Notes under the pieces: generated by a model
What the model was told of the DNA's origin: nothing
The model's database searches: none
Seen by the model: the letters and a program-made list of their open reading frames with translations, nothing else
Position numbers and translations under genes: made by a program
Part shown: positions 22,730-35,160 of the stretch, piece after piece
Layout of the letters: every line of letters starts with the position of its first letter
Position numbering within the stretch: position 1 is the stretch's first letter
Source of the DNA: Blastocladiella emersonii ATCC 22665
Taxonomy: Eukaryota; Fungi; Blastocladiomycota
Direction of reading: 5' to 3'
DNA length: 64,000 nt
NCBI GenBank assembly: GCA_025594325.1
Contig: JANHCV010000001.1
Span: 310,001-374,000, forward strand

Positions 22730-24460
22730 ATCATCCCTCACTCCTTCCCTCCCTTTTGGTTTTGGTACCGTGTCTCTCCTTCACGCCGCATGTCGATCGA
22801 TATCTTCCATGTAGGCGGTTTTCATTCGAAACACGAATCAAGAGGCCGGCAGGAACTCGGCGACATTGAGCGCGCGCCAGCCGCATTCGGCCCCGAAAAG
22901 GTCGCGGAACTGGGCCGAGCGGGCAGTCTCGGCTGCCGCAGAGAAAAAGGCCGGCCAGCGTCTCGCGCAGGGCACCTTCTCCACGACTGTCCAGATGATG
23001 AAAAGCCGCTCCATGACTACGATCGCGGCAGCGAGCAGCCACTCGGCTGACCGCAGCCCGTCAAGCGCGCCGCGCGGAAGCACACGCCACACACACGCCG
23101 GACTCGCGACACTGGCGCGGACGAGGTCGTTGATAAGGACAGCAGGCGCAGCGCGGTGCAGCTGCTTGATTATTCATGCCGTTTCGGTCCCGGGACCAGC
23201 GGCAGTACCGCCGCTGCCGACAAGTTCCCTGCGGCGGTTCAACGCGGCAGCAGCTCGACCCAGCGCCTCCTGCGAGAACAACGAGTTGCGGACAGTCTCG
23301 GGCAGCGCGTCAGCGGTGAAAGCAAAGTTGGCGAGCCTGGTCAGCATGCCGTGCACCGCGTACTGCCAGGGAGCCCACAACGGCTCGGTGATGTGGAAAT
23401 GAACAGCGGGCGACGCGGAAACGCATCCAACGCCGGGTGCTTCCGGGCTCCAGCAGCGCTGAGGTGACGACGACGAGGGCGTGCTGCTACTGGTAATCAG
23501 GAGCGCGGCTCCTTCGATCGCGAGATAATCAAACTCCTCCACTGCGTCGAGGAAGGCTCGCTTGTGGAATCCGCATTCCGGCGATTCGAGAACAGCAAAG
23601 CCGTCGGGCTGCCACCATTTCAACGCTACCAGCGCAAGGTACTCAATGAGCGTGAGGCGGCGGCGGGTGTTCTCGAACCCAAGCTGCGTCACCTCCCGTT
23701 GCACAGAGCCAGCGTGATCCTTGACCGTGTAACGAACGAACAAAGTCCCGCCAGTCCGCGTCAAAGTCGAGCCAATCGTCGAGCCGCATGCGAGGGCACG
23801 TCATGTGCACGGGCAGGAGGGCATCGAGGACGGCGCAAAGGTGATCGACGCGGCCCTGGGCCGCAAACAGCACCGCGAGCCCGCGCAACGCGAAAAAATG
23901 GATTCGCCCCCCCCCCCCCCGAGTCACGGGAATGCAGACAGACAAGAAGGGCGGCTGGGTCCAAGTCCAAGTTTGAGTCTACGACACTGCCACCGCCGTT
24001 CGGGCAGACGGCGGGCTCGGTACGCTCGGGCAAGTAGAGCGGGCAATACGCTGCGCAACGGTCGCGTCGTCGAAAATGTCGGGACCGGGAATCCAGCGAG
24101 AAGAGGTAGACGATCGCCGGCACAAAGTCCTCAATCCCACCGTTACGAGGTATTTGATGTACAGCGCGAACGGGGTGGGGTCGTTTGGGCCGGGGATCCC
24201 GGGGCGTCCTTGTTCAAAGTAACGCGCGTTGGACGACCCGCAACGCTCCGGCTCGAACATGGACGTGCATCTCCAAGCCCATTGAACCGCCGGCGACACG
24301 GAAGCTTAGTCGCGAAGCCAGCTGTTCGAGAGCGGGACGGCGGGCCGCGGGATGGCAAGCGCGAAGCTCCAACGCCACAAGCACGGCAGGCCGGTCCTCG
24401 AAGCGCAATGCGCGCTTTGCATGAGCTTACATGTCGTGGGTTCGCGAGCTTCATGAGAAT
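22730..24460 (-). pseudogene. Possible fragmented gene of unknown family
   Basis: Protein-like stretches in successive frames (23764-23174, 23092-22838, 24123-23761) and a GTAAGC donor near 24430. A CT-rich tract lies upstream on the minus strand (about 24950-25090). No domain recognised. Confidence 0.3.
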
Positions 24461-25294
24461 GGGGAGAGAGCGGCGAGCGAGTCTTTCAACGGCGGGATGA
24501 CGAGGCGAGCGGAGTCAACCATCCGTCACAAGATCGGTCCGCCACTCCTCGCGTGTGGCGCAGCGCGTCCTGAGCTCTCGAGTCGAAACCATCGCGGCAC
24601 GGAGCACCTCGAGCTGCTTTGCATGGCACTACATGGTGCGCCGGCGCAGAATCTGGTCTTGGTCAAAAGAATCCAAGAGCCTCCCTGTCCGAGTGCGTCG
24701 AGACGGGCGGGTCACTCACTGCGCTGCGCGCGCCGGCTTCTCCCAACAGCGCGATGCCGCGCGCACAAGCTCTCTCTCCCGGAAGGCCGACGATACGAGA
24801 GTGGGAGCGGGAGCGGGAGCTGAGAGCAGAGGCAAGCGGACGGTGCGGATGCGATGATGAAGAAGATGAGCGTCCTTGTATTAATTGCGCGCCGGGATTG
24901 GAATAAGATGCTAGGGGATAGTGTGCTAGGTAGGAGGTCGGTGCAGGGAGATAGACGCGCACAGGGACACAGGAGGGAACGGGTTGGACAGAGAAAGACG
25001 AGGGATGGGTTGCAGTAGAGAGAGAGAGGGAGGACGGATTTCGCAAGAGGGAGGGGAGGGGAGGAGAGGGGAGGGGAGGGGAGGAGAGGGAGCCCCGTCA
25101 TGGCTTTCTTGGCCGCGGGTTGGTGGTGGCGGAGGAGGGAGTCGAGTGTAGAGGGATCAACAGCAGCGGGCGAGCAACAGCAGCGGGAAAGGGAGGGAAA
25201 GCGGGAGCGCAGCGACGACGACAGCGACGGCGGCCAGCGGGACGGGACGGGCGGCGTACGCGTCACCAGTCCGTCCGTCCGTCCGTCCGTCGAC

Positions 25295-27962
25295 TCACTG
25301 GTCGTTGTTGTTGGTGATGGCGTTGCTGTTGTTGTACTTGGCCGTGGCCATGTCAATGAGCTGGCACACCATCACCGGCGGCGGACCGCGGTAGTACACG
25401 TCGGCGTGGAACATCTCGCGGACCGTATCGGGGATCAGGCCGCACACGAGCGTCGCCGCCGTCAACCGCGGGTTGCCGTCGCACCCGCACGGGCGCACGC
25501 TGGGCACGGCGGCCACGGGCTGCGGCTGCGACGCGCCAGCAGCGCGCAAGGACGACGTTGCCAGCCGCGCCGCCGCCGAGCCCGCGTGGCGGTACACGCG
25601 CAGGTACGAGTGGAGACCGTCGGCGGCGTCCTTGACGAGCGCGGCGAGACCCGTCGACTCGCGGAGGTGGCCGAAGAGGCGGAGCAGGGCCTCAAACGCG
25701 GCGAACGACCCGCGCTGGTGCAGCAGCGCGCAGCGCGGGCAGTCGAAGTCCCGCGGCACGTCGCGGTCGGTGGCGGCAGTGGCGGTGGTGGTGGTCTCGG
25801 CGGGGTCGGCGGGGTCGGCGGGGTCGGCGGGGTCGGTGCCGAACATGGCCATGAGGAAGCCCGAAATGAGCGGGCCAGCCGCCTTGGCCTTGCCGACGAG
25901 GCCGAGCAGCGTGTTGCGGATCTGGTCCGTGGGCGCGGACCCGATGGCAGCCGCGGTGAGCGGCGCAAACTGCGCATCGGACATCATGCAAAGCATGAAG
26001 TGGTGCATGACGCCCGCCTGGTACGCATCGTACGTCGCGCGGCCGACGTTGCTGGTGTTGATGTGCGCGAGGCTCGCCGTGACGACGAGGAGGACGGCGA
26101 ACACGACCCACGGCTCGGCGGCGCCCTCGCTCCACGGCGCGCGGGCGGCGACGTCGACGAGTCGGTGCGCAGGCTGCTGGTCGTACAGGCGAGGCTGCAG
26201 CTCCTGCTGCTGCTGCTCCTGGTGGTGAAGGTGGTCCTGGTTCTGCTGCTGCTGGTGGTGGTGGTGCGACGGGGCCGCCGGCGAGGACGCCTGGCGCCGC
26301 TGCGCCCGCGCCTGCTCCCGCACCTCCGGCTTCTGGCGGGAATGGAAGGAGGCCAGCCCGCGACCGAGTCCCTGGGCCAGCTTGACGGCGCACGCGGGCA
26401 GGACGCGATCGAAAAATTTCGCATTGTCGGGGACGAGGGTGCGGGCGAACTTGAGCGTCGGCTGGAAGCCGCGGGGCGCGTCCTCGTCAAAAAGAAGCGC
26501 CGACACAATCGCTATGCGGGGGATGAAAGGGGGATGATGGTGCGAGTCAGTGAAAGGGAACCCCCGAGTAGCGAGCGAGTGGCCGAGCGGGAGGGCAGGA
26601 CCCGCCGCCGCCACTGCTGCTGCTGCTGCTGCTGCTGAAGGCGCGCGCGCGTACCGATACCGAGCGTCGATGGCCAGTCCTCGGGCGACCGCTTGATGTG
26701 GCCCTGCATGAGCTGCAGCCCGTGCTGGGTGGGGCTGGCCCCGTCGGTGGCGAGATCCAGGCGCACGACCGTGGCCCACGAGCGCGGGCCGAGGAGCGTG
26801 CAGGCACGGGAAGAAGCGAGCTGCCAAACGAGCCCGTCGTTGCACGCCAGCGACTTGTCGAGGTCCTCGGCGTGGTCCGGGTTCGCCGCCGCGTTGGGCC
26901 AGCCGGTGCCGGCGAGGAGGGCCAGCACCTGCAGCACCGCGTCGGCGCCCGACGCGGAGCCGGCGCGCTGGGCCGCCGTCAGCGCGGCAATGTCGGCGAG
27001 GATGCGCGCGAAGATGGCCTCGTTGAGGAACAGGTCGCCGATCGGGCGGTGGCCGCGGGGGCGCGGCGACTCGAGGAGGGCGTTGAGCGCGTCGGGGCTC
27101 CACGTGAACCCGGCGACGATGGTGAGGAAGTCGAGGGCGACGAGGGTGGGCGGGCCGTGCGCGGGGTCCGCGGTCCAGTGGGCGTCGAGGCAGGCGGCCG
27201 GGTGGTCGCCGAGCTTGACGAGGCCCGTCCAGGTCGGCACAGGCAGGGCGAGGTGGGTGAGCAGCCACGGGGCCGTGGCGCGCACCGCGGCGAGCAGGCC
27301 CTTGAGCTCGGAGAGCAGGCGGCCCGCGGTGGCCTTCGCGGGCTTGCTGGTGGGGCGGTTGCCGGGCGGGGCGGCGGCGACGAGGAGGACGGGAAGTTGT
27401 AGGAGCGTCACGAGCACCGTGACCGCGGGGTCGGAGGCGATGGGCAGGGCGCCGGGCACGCCGGGCACGCCGCACGCGCGGTCAATGGCGGCGAGGACGA
27501 GCGGGAGGGCGCGCGCCGCGCGCTGCTCTGGACCGTGGTCGCCTGCGGCACTGCCGGCGACGAGCTGGTCGACGGCGGGGTCGCGCAGCATCCCCGCGGC
27601 CCAGCCGGCGAGGCGCGAGACGGCGGACCGGCACGCCGCGGCGTCGGCGTCGGCATCGTCGTCGCGCATCGTCGGCAGGGCGCCATGGACTAGATCCCAT
27701 GTCTGCTGGGCGTGGTCCGTGTTGCTGCCGGCGCCGGGAGGAGCAGCGGATGGGGGCGGCGGCGGCGGCGGCATCGCGAGCTGCGCACCGACGGGCGCGT
27801 CGGACGCCGAGGGCTCGTCGGTACCGAGCGGGCGGTTGCTGCCGCACCGGCGCTTCTTGTGCGAGGGCTCCGGCTACATGGGGAAGGGCGCGTGGTCAGC
27901 GGCCGAGGCGGGTGGTGGGTGGTGGAGGCGGCGGGGGGAGGGGGCGGCGGTACCATCGACAT
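25295..27962 (-). CDS. Hypothetical 814-aa protein (exons 27962-27954, 27873-26655, 26511-25295)
   Basis: Two GTAC..YAG introns join MSM/PEPSHKKRR...STLGI/AIVSALLFDED...NNNDQ* in frame. Strong GC3 codon bias, a basic NLS-like KKRR and a His/Gln-rich linker. No domain recognised. Confidence 0.7.
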
Positions 27963-28999
27963 CGTGTGCAAGGCCAGAAGGTGACGGGGCGAGTATCTAT
28001 GGAGGGCTCGAGGAGAGTGCAAGTGCGAACGCAGCCCGTTAGATGGCGGGGCGACGAGGAGGGAGAGGGAGGATGCGCAGCGACCGACACGGCGACTCGG
28101 CGAAGACGAAACGCGTCGACGCGTGGGAACGGCGCGACCGTGGGAGCCCGCCGGCGTGCGAGACGCGCTCGCGCGGAAGCGCGCCATGGCCCACCGGTCG
28201 CATCGCTCGCACCGCTCGCGATGACAGAAGAGCCCGATGACTTGGAACGAGACCAGGCGCGCCTGGCGCCGGCGCAGCTGGAACCCGCAGAACCCACGGA
28301 CCGCGACGCTAGCGGCACGCTCGCTCGCTTGCTCGATCTGATTCTGTGTCTGGTCGGTCCATTTCAGTGGGCCGTCTACTTCATCCGCGCAGTCAGAGCA
28401 GGCAGCGAGTCTGCGACGCAAGGCGGGCTCTCGCGAGCGAAGGGAGGCGCCGAGCGTGTGGCGCCGCCACCCTGACCTCCCCCACGTGTTTGATCGTCGC
28501 GTCTCACACGTCGCGCGTCTCGCGTCTCGCGTCTCGCGTCTCGCACGAGCGCGCGCCTCGCCTCAGTGCTACACCCTTCTCCGAAGTCGGCAAAGACGTC
28601 ACATGATGGCGCACCGTGGGGTGGCCAACGCAGAGAGGGGTCTGGCGCCTTGACTTGGCGCGCCGTGCTTTTGTCCACTGGAAATGCCCTGGCGCGTTTC
28701 CGCCTCGGTTTGATCACGCAGGTCTTGTAAGTGCTCGCAAGAACGGTGCAGCCTTGCTTGCCTCGTCGCGCTCTATCCAGGTGTGGGTCGCGCCGCACCA
28801 CTTGCAGTGCTGGCCAAGCGAGAGATGGCCGACGCGATGGCGGGCTTCCGCCGGCTCCAGTCAAAGACGGCGAACCCCCGCCACCCAAAATCACCTAAAG
28901 ACCAACTACAACGAGCTCAATGGCTTCGGATAGTCCTGCGCGAGGGCCAGCTGCTCGTACTGGCGAGGCGCGAGCTCGGTAAAATCCAGCGCTGGGAGT

Positions 29000-29103
29000 G
29001 GGGGAGCGGGGGAGCGGGGGAGCGGGGGAGCGGGGGAGCGGGGGAGCGGGGGAGCGGGGGAGCGGGGGAGCGGGGGAGCGGGGGAGCGGGGGAGCGGGGG
29101 AGC
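29000..29103 (+). repeat. (GGGGGAGC)13 tandem repeat, G-quadruplex-prone
   Basis: 13 perfect 8-mers counted; mirror copy at 61390-61493. Confidence 0.95.
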
Positions 29104-30292
29104 GACTTTGGGCGGCCCAGGAACAATGGCACCGAATTGAACCAGCTCGAAACTTGCCTCATCGTAAACAGTGAGCTTCAGCTTCAATGATCTGTTTGAA
29201 AACAGTTGCGTCGAGTTGTTAGAGATAGGGGCTATTGGTACGGTCGACAGAAGCGCAAGGCCGCGACACGCGCGACCTGGTAAACAGCAACCACCATCCG
29301 GGCTACCCCGCCAACTCTACACCCGACACACCCGGCTTCAACTAGGTGGGATCGAGGGTCTGGGGGTGGTGGCCATCGGTCGATGCCAATGAAATAGCTG
29401 CGGCATGCCTCAAAGTGTAGTAAGTCAACCGCTCAACCGTCACTAGCTCGTTTGGAGCGATCTCTGCTCACTTTCATTTGGATTGCTCTCATATTCATCA
29501 GATGATGATTACCGGGTAATATTACTGTACAGTTTAACGTAAGTTTTTTTTTGGTGAGTAGTTGAGAAGCTGATTGGACAAGTGAGTGCCGCTCGTCTCA
29601 GTCCTCGCTTGGCGACTCAGGCACTTTTAATCATATCATCACCTTGACCATGAACACTTTATTAAGCTCATTCAAACATATTTCGTCAAGTGTTATTCAT
29701 TTTGTGCTCGCTGTTGCCTGGCACCAAATACTCGGTCTTGGAGGGCTTTCGCCCCGCTCCACGGGCGCCTTGTGCGCCCAAGTACAATTAAGACTTAGAT
29801 CGGCGGCCATCGTACGTTTCTATTTCACATCATGTAGATTAAGCATTTTTTCCTGATGTGCCTGCGCAGTGCCGCCGACTTGCGCCTGACCCCTGATGCC
29901 CACTGAGTCGGAGTCCAAACGGGCTACCTGCCACAGTGCTGCACACGGTTCATCTTGATACCATTATGTGGCCCGAGAGAAGCGCTTTCGAAAATCTCTA
30001 CTCTGGCGCGGAACAAATCCCGAGTTTGCCAGCGCGTCGTTTGCGCATCTGGGCGGGACGGCCTGGACCTTGCCGCGGCCACCTCCCCAACCTGATTCAG
30101 CGGGGCTTCTGGCGCGGGACCAGTATCAACTAGGGGTGTGCGCGTTACGTACTCTGTCTCAGCAGTAGGCGACTAGGCTGGCTGCCAAGCCGGCTGAACT
30201 TCAAAGATGGATCAGACCTTGCAGTTGTGCGTACTCGGCAAACAAGGGTTGATCCAGCGTTCGGATTCAAGGCTTGTATACGTGCAGGATGG

Positions 30293-33200
30293 AGATGTTG
30301 TCACCGCGTTGTACACGTGATGGAATCATGCACAGGAAGCGCGACAGTAACGATCCACGTGTCATGTTGGCAAGATCAACGATGGCCTTTTCAAAGGTCA
30401 TCCCTTGAGCCTTGTGCACCGTCAGCGCGTACGCGAGCTCGAGAGGGAGCTGGGCTCAATGGATCGTCTTTGGGATCCCGATCTCCTTGTTCTTGGCACG
30501 AAATGACCTGATCTCGTGGCGCAGCGGGAAAGAGCCGTCGGGGATCATGGCTAGTTTGTGAATGCGGACCAGATTCTCGTTGGGCCGAATGATGACAGTG
30601 TCAATGTCCTCATTCGCGTTGGTGGCGAGGCCTTCGACTCGGCCAATGGTGCCGTTTACAATACGCGACTACACAATGCGAAGCGAGGAAGCGCTGGTGA
30701 GTCCACGCGCTCATGGGTTGGTGAATATGATGCTGTGACGTTCGGCGTGTTGATGCTCCGGGTTACTATGACACGCGCTCCAGCAAACAGCTTGAAAATT
30801 GACGGGATGTGGTTTTTCATGCTTGAGGGAAGCAGTTTTGCGAAGTTGGGCATGCGCCGGTCACTGTCGCTCTGGCCGCTGCTCTCAATGACAAGCTGCC
30901 GCCAAAGGAGTGGTCTAGTTGCCGAGGGCTTACAGACGAGATCGACGCACTCAAGGTCAAAGAATCTCGTCAGGTTGGAGTCTGTGGCGACGTGCGTGTT
31001 TTGCAACGGCCATTGAGTTCCACGCGTTGCGCACCGAGTTCTGCGCCATCCGTGATGAGAACCTGGTCGCTCCAGTCGTTGAGCTGGTCTGGATGCTGGC
31101 CCAGCACGAACGCTGCCCGGCGCAAGCAGCAGAGGTACTTGGCCACGCGCTGCGAGACGTTGCAGTTGAGCAGGTCCTTAAGCACATCGAGGAACCCCAC
31201 GTCACCCAACTGCCCAACTGCCATATCTGCTGGTTGAGGAAAAAGACTGAATCGAAGGCGAGCCACTGATTGCCACCAATCTTGGCGTCAGTTCAAGTTC
31301 TGCTGGCCACTGGCCGCTGGCCACTTTTTGCGTTTCGACGCGCGCTCCTTCTGCTGCTGCTGAGGCTTGCCGTCGACTTGCATCGAGTCTCTGTCATGAG
31401 CTGCATCCACCTCAGTCTCAGGTTCGCGTTCGACCTGCTGCCCAGATGGGCTCGTGAGCGAAGGCGCCATGAAGGGTTCGATCAGGAAAAAAAGTTGCCA
31501 AACGCGAGAACGTGCAGGCCGTCAATTGGGCAATGGTCGCGGCTCGGGTACAGCTCGTCAAAGCGCAAGTGCATCGCGGCAAACAGCTCGGCACCGACTG
31601 TGGAAATTTCGTCAATGGGGACAAACTGGACCTGACGGAACAGAGTTTCGAGCTCAGCCTTGGTATCGTTGCTCATTGGCTTGGTCGCCATGACGACCGC
31701 ACCAATACCGCACATGGCGTGGATTGTGGAGCCGCCAATGAACGCCGCGGCTACGCCGGTTGGCGCACAGATCTTGAGTCGTGAGCTGCAGCCCTTGGCG
31801 GCGGTGAACATGTCGCGAATCGAGTCAATGACACGGCACTTACCTGTGCCCGTTCCCACCTTGCTGTGGACAAGCATGAGGAACTGCTTGACGTCAGCAT
31901 CGCTGCACTTGATGGCATTGAGCGTCGACTTGACGTGCTCGACAACGTGGCGCAGCCGTTCAACGTTGAGCCCCTAAAGCTACGGGGCGGGCTGCTCCTG
32001 CTGCAGGAGCTTCACTGAGATGGCTGGTGGTGCAACACCGCCGTTTGCTTGAACGAGTTGAGCGCGAGGTGGCTCCACCAAACGTTCTGCGGCAATCCAA
32101 CGGGCTTCCTTGTAGGCCTTCTTGGCCAGGTTGCCGTCATTGACAAGCTGCGCAAACCACGCCAGATCTGAGTCGACCTTGAGCAGCTGCTGGCGAAGCT
32201 CAAGTGGGAGAACGGGCACATGCGTGGTTGAAGTTGAGAGCAGTCCATAGTGTACCTGGCATGAGGAAAATGGCCGCGTGCTGGGATGGCCTTGGAGAAA
32301 AATAACAGGATTTTGTGAAGAAACGCGTAGTTGCCGTGAGCTTCTTGCGCGATGCCAACTGGCATGATCTCTCCTTGCCGTTACCCTTGTCGTTGTAACT
32401 CTTGCTAGTACCAATGGCAGGTCAAAGGTTGAGCTGCTCGGGCGTCACACTGTTGTTGGCCTTGGAATTGGAGATCAGTTTGCCAGGCGACGTGCTCACG
32501 TAGTTGCAGAAGTGGTTGAAACTGGAGCAGGCTGCTGCCCTGCACAGGCGTGTTCCTGAAGATGTCAAGTGTCGGCGACCACGTATCGCCGCCAACTGGG
32601 ATCACCTCGTTGACAGCTCAGAACGGCCTGAACAAAATCATGAAGATCATGGCGCGCAACTCAATGCTGCCAATGTTGGACGACTCGCTGACTTGCTTGC
32701 TGAACAGCGTCATGGAAACGATCTGGGTCGCGTGCATTGCCACAATGAGCTTGCCCATTGCAAGATGCGTGTCGCGAAACTTGCGACCTTGTCAGTGATC
32801 GGGAGGTTGAGTTTCAAGAACGTAATGCACTTGTCCTCGTTTTTGTTGTCCTGCTCCTTGAGCTTGCGTTTATCTTAGACTGCCGCAGCGCTGCCCTCGC
32901 TTACGCCTTGCGCGTAGGCCGTCCTGCTCGCTGCGTCTGAGTCCGCCGCGTTCGTGACCATGCGCAGAACCTGGTAGAGGGGAACGTGGGCGAAGCTGTA
33001 CGTCGTGTAGACTCACGTCTTCTCGCCCTTATGCGGATCAGGTCGAGCGTGATCAGCTGGCCGCTGGTATTGTGCAATGGCTGTTATGGCGCAATTGCGC
33101 TGTCTTGCAACTTCGTTGAGCGCTTGACGTACCCACGCGGACTGGAATCAATCAGGAGCGGAATATTGCATCCGAGCTGGCGCAAACAAAGCCTCGAGAG

Positions 33201-34963
33201 CTTCAACAACAACCGTTGTGCTGCGTCGGTTGTCGTATGGCAGCGGTTGGTGGGGTTCGCGATGGAGCTGGAGGTGGGGTCGGAGCGTGATGGCATAGCA
33301 GGTGGCGCGGGCAGGTGGCGCAGCAGTGGGAGACATGAGTGACTGACTGCTCCACTGCCGCTCCAGCTTGCCACGCTCACGAAGGCGTCGAAGTAGGTCA
33401 CAATCACACTAGAGTAGTGTCAGAATGCTGGGCTCAACCCCAGTGGTCTCCCCGAAAAAATGAAGCCCACGTGACCTAGAGCGCGGTCGTCACATAGCGA
33501 CGCGTCACCTGACCGGCAAGCACCTACATAAGCCACCCCTTTTTTGCCCTTTGCTCGCTCCTCATCTCATGAAAACACCCATGAAGCTTCCACCATGTTA
33601 ACATGCAGCAATGGCATCTCTGTGACCCAATTAAAGTCGCTGAACCTCGTCACGACGCCGTCTTCACACTGAGCGAGGCGAGGGGAAATGTCGCAACGAG
33701 CCCTGACGGTAAGATGATGCCAAGCGAGGCGTAAACGGTACTGCTGAGGACTGCGACATTACGCTCGTGCCCGCGACGGCCGAGACCACGGGCGAGTGGC
33801 CGTCGATCCTCCCGCCGCTCCACCTTCAACGGGTTTGAGCGCCGCCGCGTTGTCGGCAACCGCCTAGCGCGTCTGCCACCCCGCGCAACCCGTCGCTCGC
33901 CTTCGACGTCGAGCGGTACTACAGCCAGTGGTTCTCCCTCCCGTGACCCGCCTGTGTACCATGATCAAGGGCACCAACCAGCTCGCGCACTGCCTTGGTC
34001 TCGACGCGCGCCAGTTTGTACGCATGTCGGTGCGACCGATGGCGCGGGGAGCGGCGACGCGACCAACAACGTGTAGTTGCTCAACGTCATGCTCTTGGTG
34101 AGGAACGGTTCGCCGCCGTTGAGAATCTGTACATGAGGCGCAAGAACCCGGCGTGTACCGCGTCAGCGGAACCGTCCCTTGTCATTGGCTCGCTGCGCAC
34201 CGCCGACGGGACCGACCCGGACGCGGCCATGACGCCCGGCGCCGTATCTCTCAGCTAGTCTTCCACGCGCCGCCCATCGTCAGCACGACCGCACAGGTCG
34301 TGATGCAGCTCCACGCGCATGCCGCCTGGTACGCGCAGCAATGGCTCCTGTGCAATGACGCGCGGTGCGCGCAGTTCCCACGGTTTACCGGCCGCGTAGG
34401 GCTCGTGTCTACTAACCCAACGCGCTTTTCCGCCAACTTGCCTACTACATGCACCCGCTCAACGCTGGCAAGGCGGCGGCGACCACGCCCAAGGTCGATC
34501 ATCGCCCGCGCCGTGCTCCTCACGCACACGAGTTCCGTGAACACCGCACCCAGGTCGAACTTGCGTCGCTCTTCACGTTTATGCGGGGCGCGGAAGCAAC
34601 GGCGGCGGTGCTCAAAGTCGGACGGCGATCTCATAGCGGGTTGAATGAAGAGCTTCAACATGTTGCTCAGCTCGGAACTTGATGGGTCAGCGGCCGCACG
34701 AGGCGCAGGCAGAGCTTGAGACGCATGCGCTGGCGACTCAGCTCGAGACGCGCCGAGATATAATCTGGGCCCTCGGCGGGATGATCTTCGTGTCAGGTTC
34801 GATGTCGCGCGCGCCTCGACGTAGCTCACTCATGCAGTGAAGGCGGCGGTCAACGGAAGAAAAGTCGCCGCGGAGCGGCGGCCGCGTCGGTCGCGGCGAG
34901 CAACCAAACGCGTCCAGCTTCGTGGTCCTATGGATCAGCGTGCACGCGCGCGTGGGCTGCAAT
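30293..34963 (-). mobile_element. Decayed Helitron RepHel (left-arm copy); ends not resolved
   Basis: Degenerate PIF1-family helicase motifs GTGTGKC, APTGVAAAFIGGSTIH, IDEISTVG, LAFGNF, ARVIVTRSIN..NG and TVHKAQGMT. Rep-like DSQRRRTVPH lies upstream. Many stops and frameshifts. Confidence 0.8.
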
Positions 34964-35107
34964 AGAGATCGGCGAGATCCATAGTCGCTGACGGGTCAAA
35001 TCACTCATGACCATGGTCATGACCATGGCCATGGTGACGCTCCTCGCTCCTCTGATCACATCGCAGAGGTTCAACACGCGGAAGCGGAAAATATCATCGA
35101 GGTGCCA

Positions 35108-35160
35108 GTTGAGTTGAGGTTGAGTTGAGGTTGAGGTTGAGGTTGAGTTGAGGTTGAGTT
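35108..35160 (+). repeat. Mixed GAGTT/GAGGTT microsatellite followed by G-tracts
   Basis: gttgagttgaggttgagttgaggttgaggttgagg...; mirror at 55333-55385. Confidence 0.85.

Noticed and set aside
32758-32940. VEFQERNAL resembling the Helitron Rep EFQxRG motif
   Set aside because: Lies antisense to the helicase motifs and lacks the downstream HxH; likely chance.
35108-35160. GAGGTT repeats as interstitial telomere
   Set aside because: Short, a mix of 5- and 6-mers, not TTAGGG; the telomere unit of this organism is unknown.
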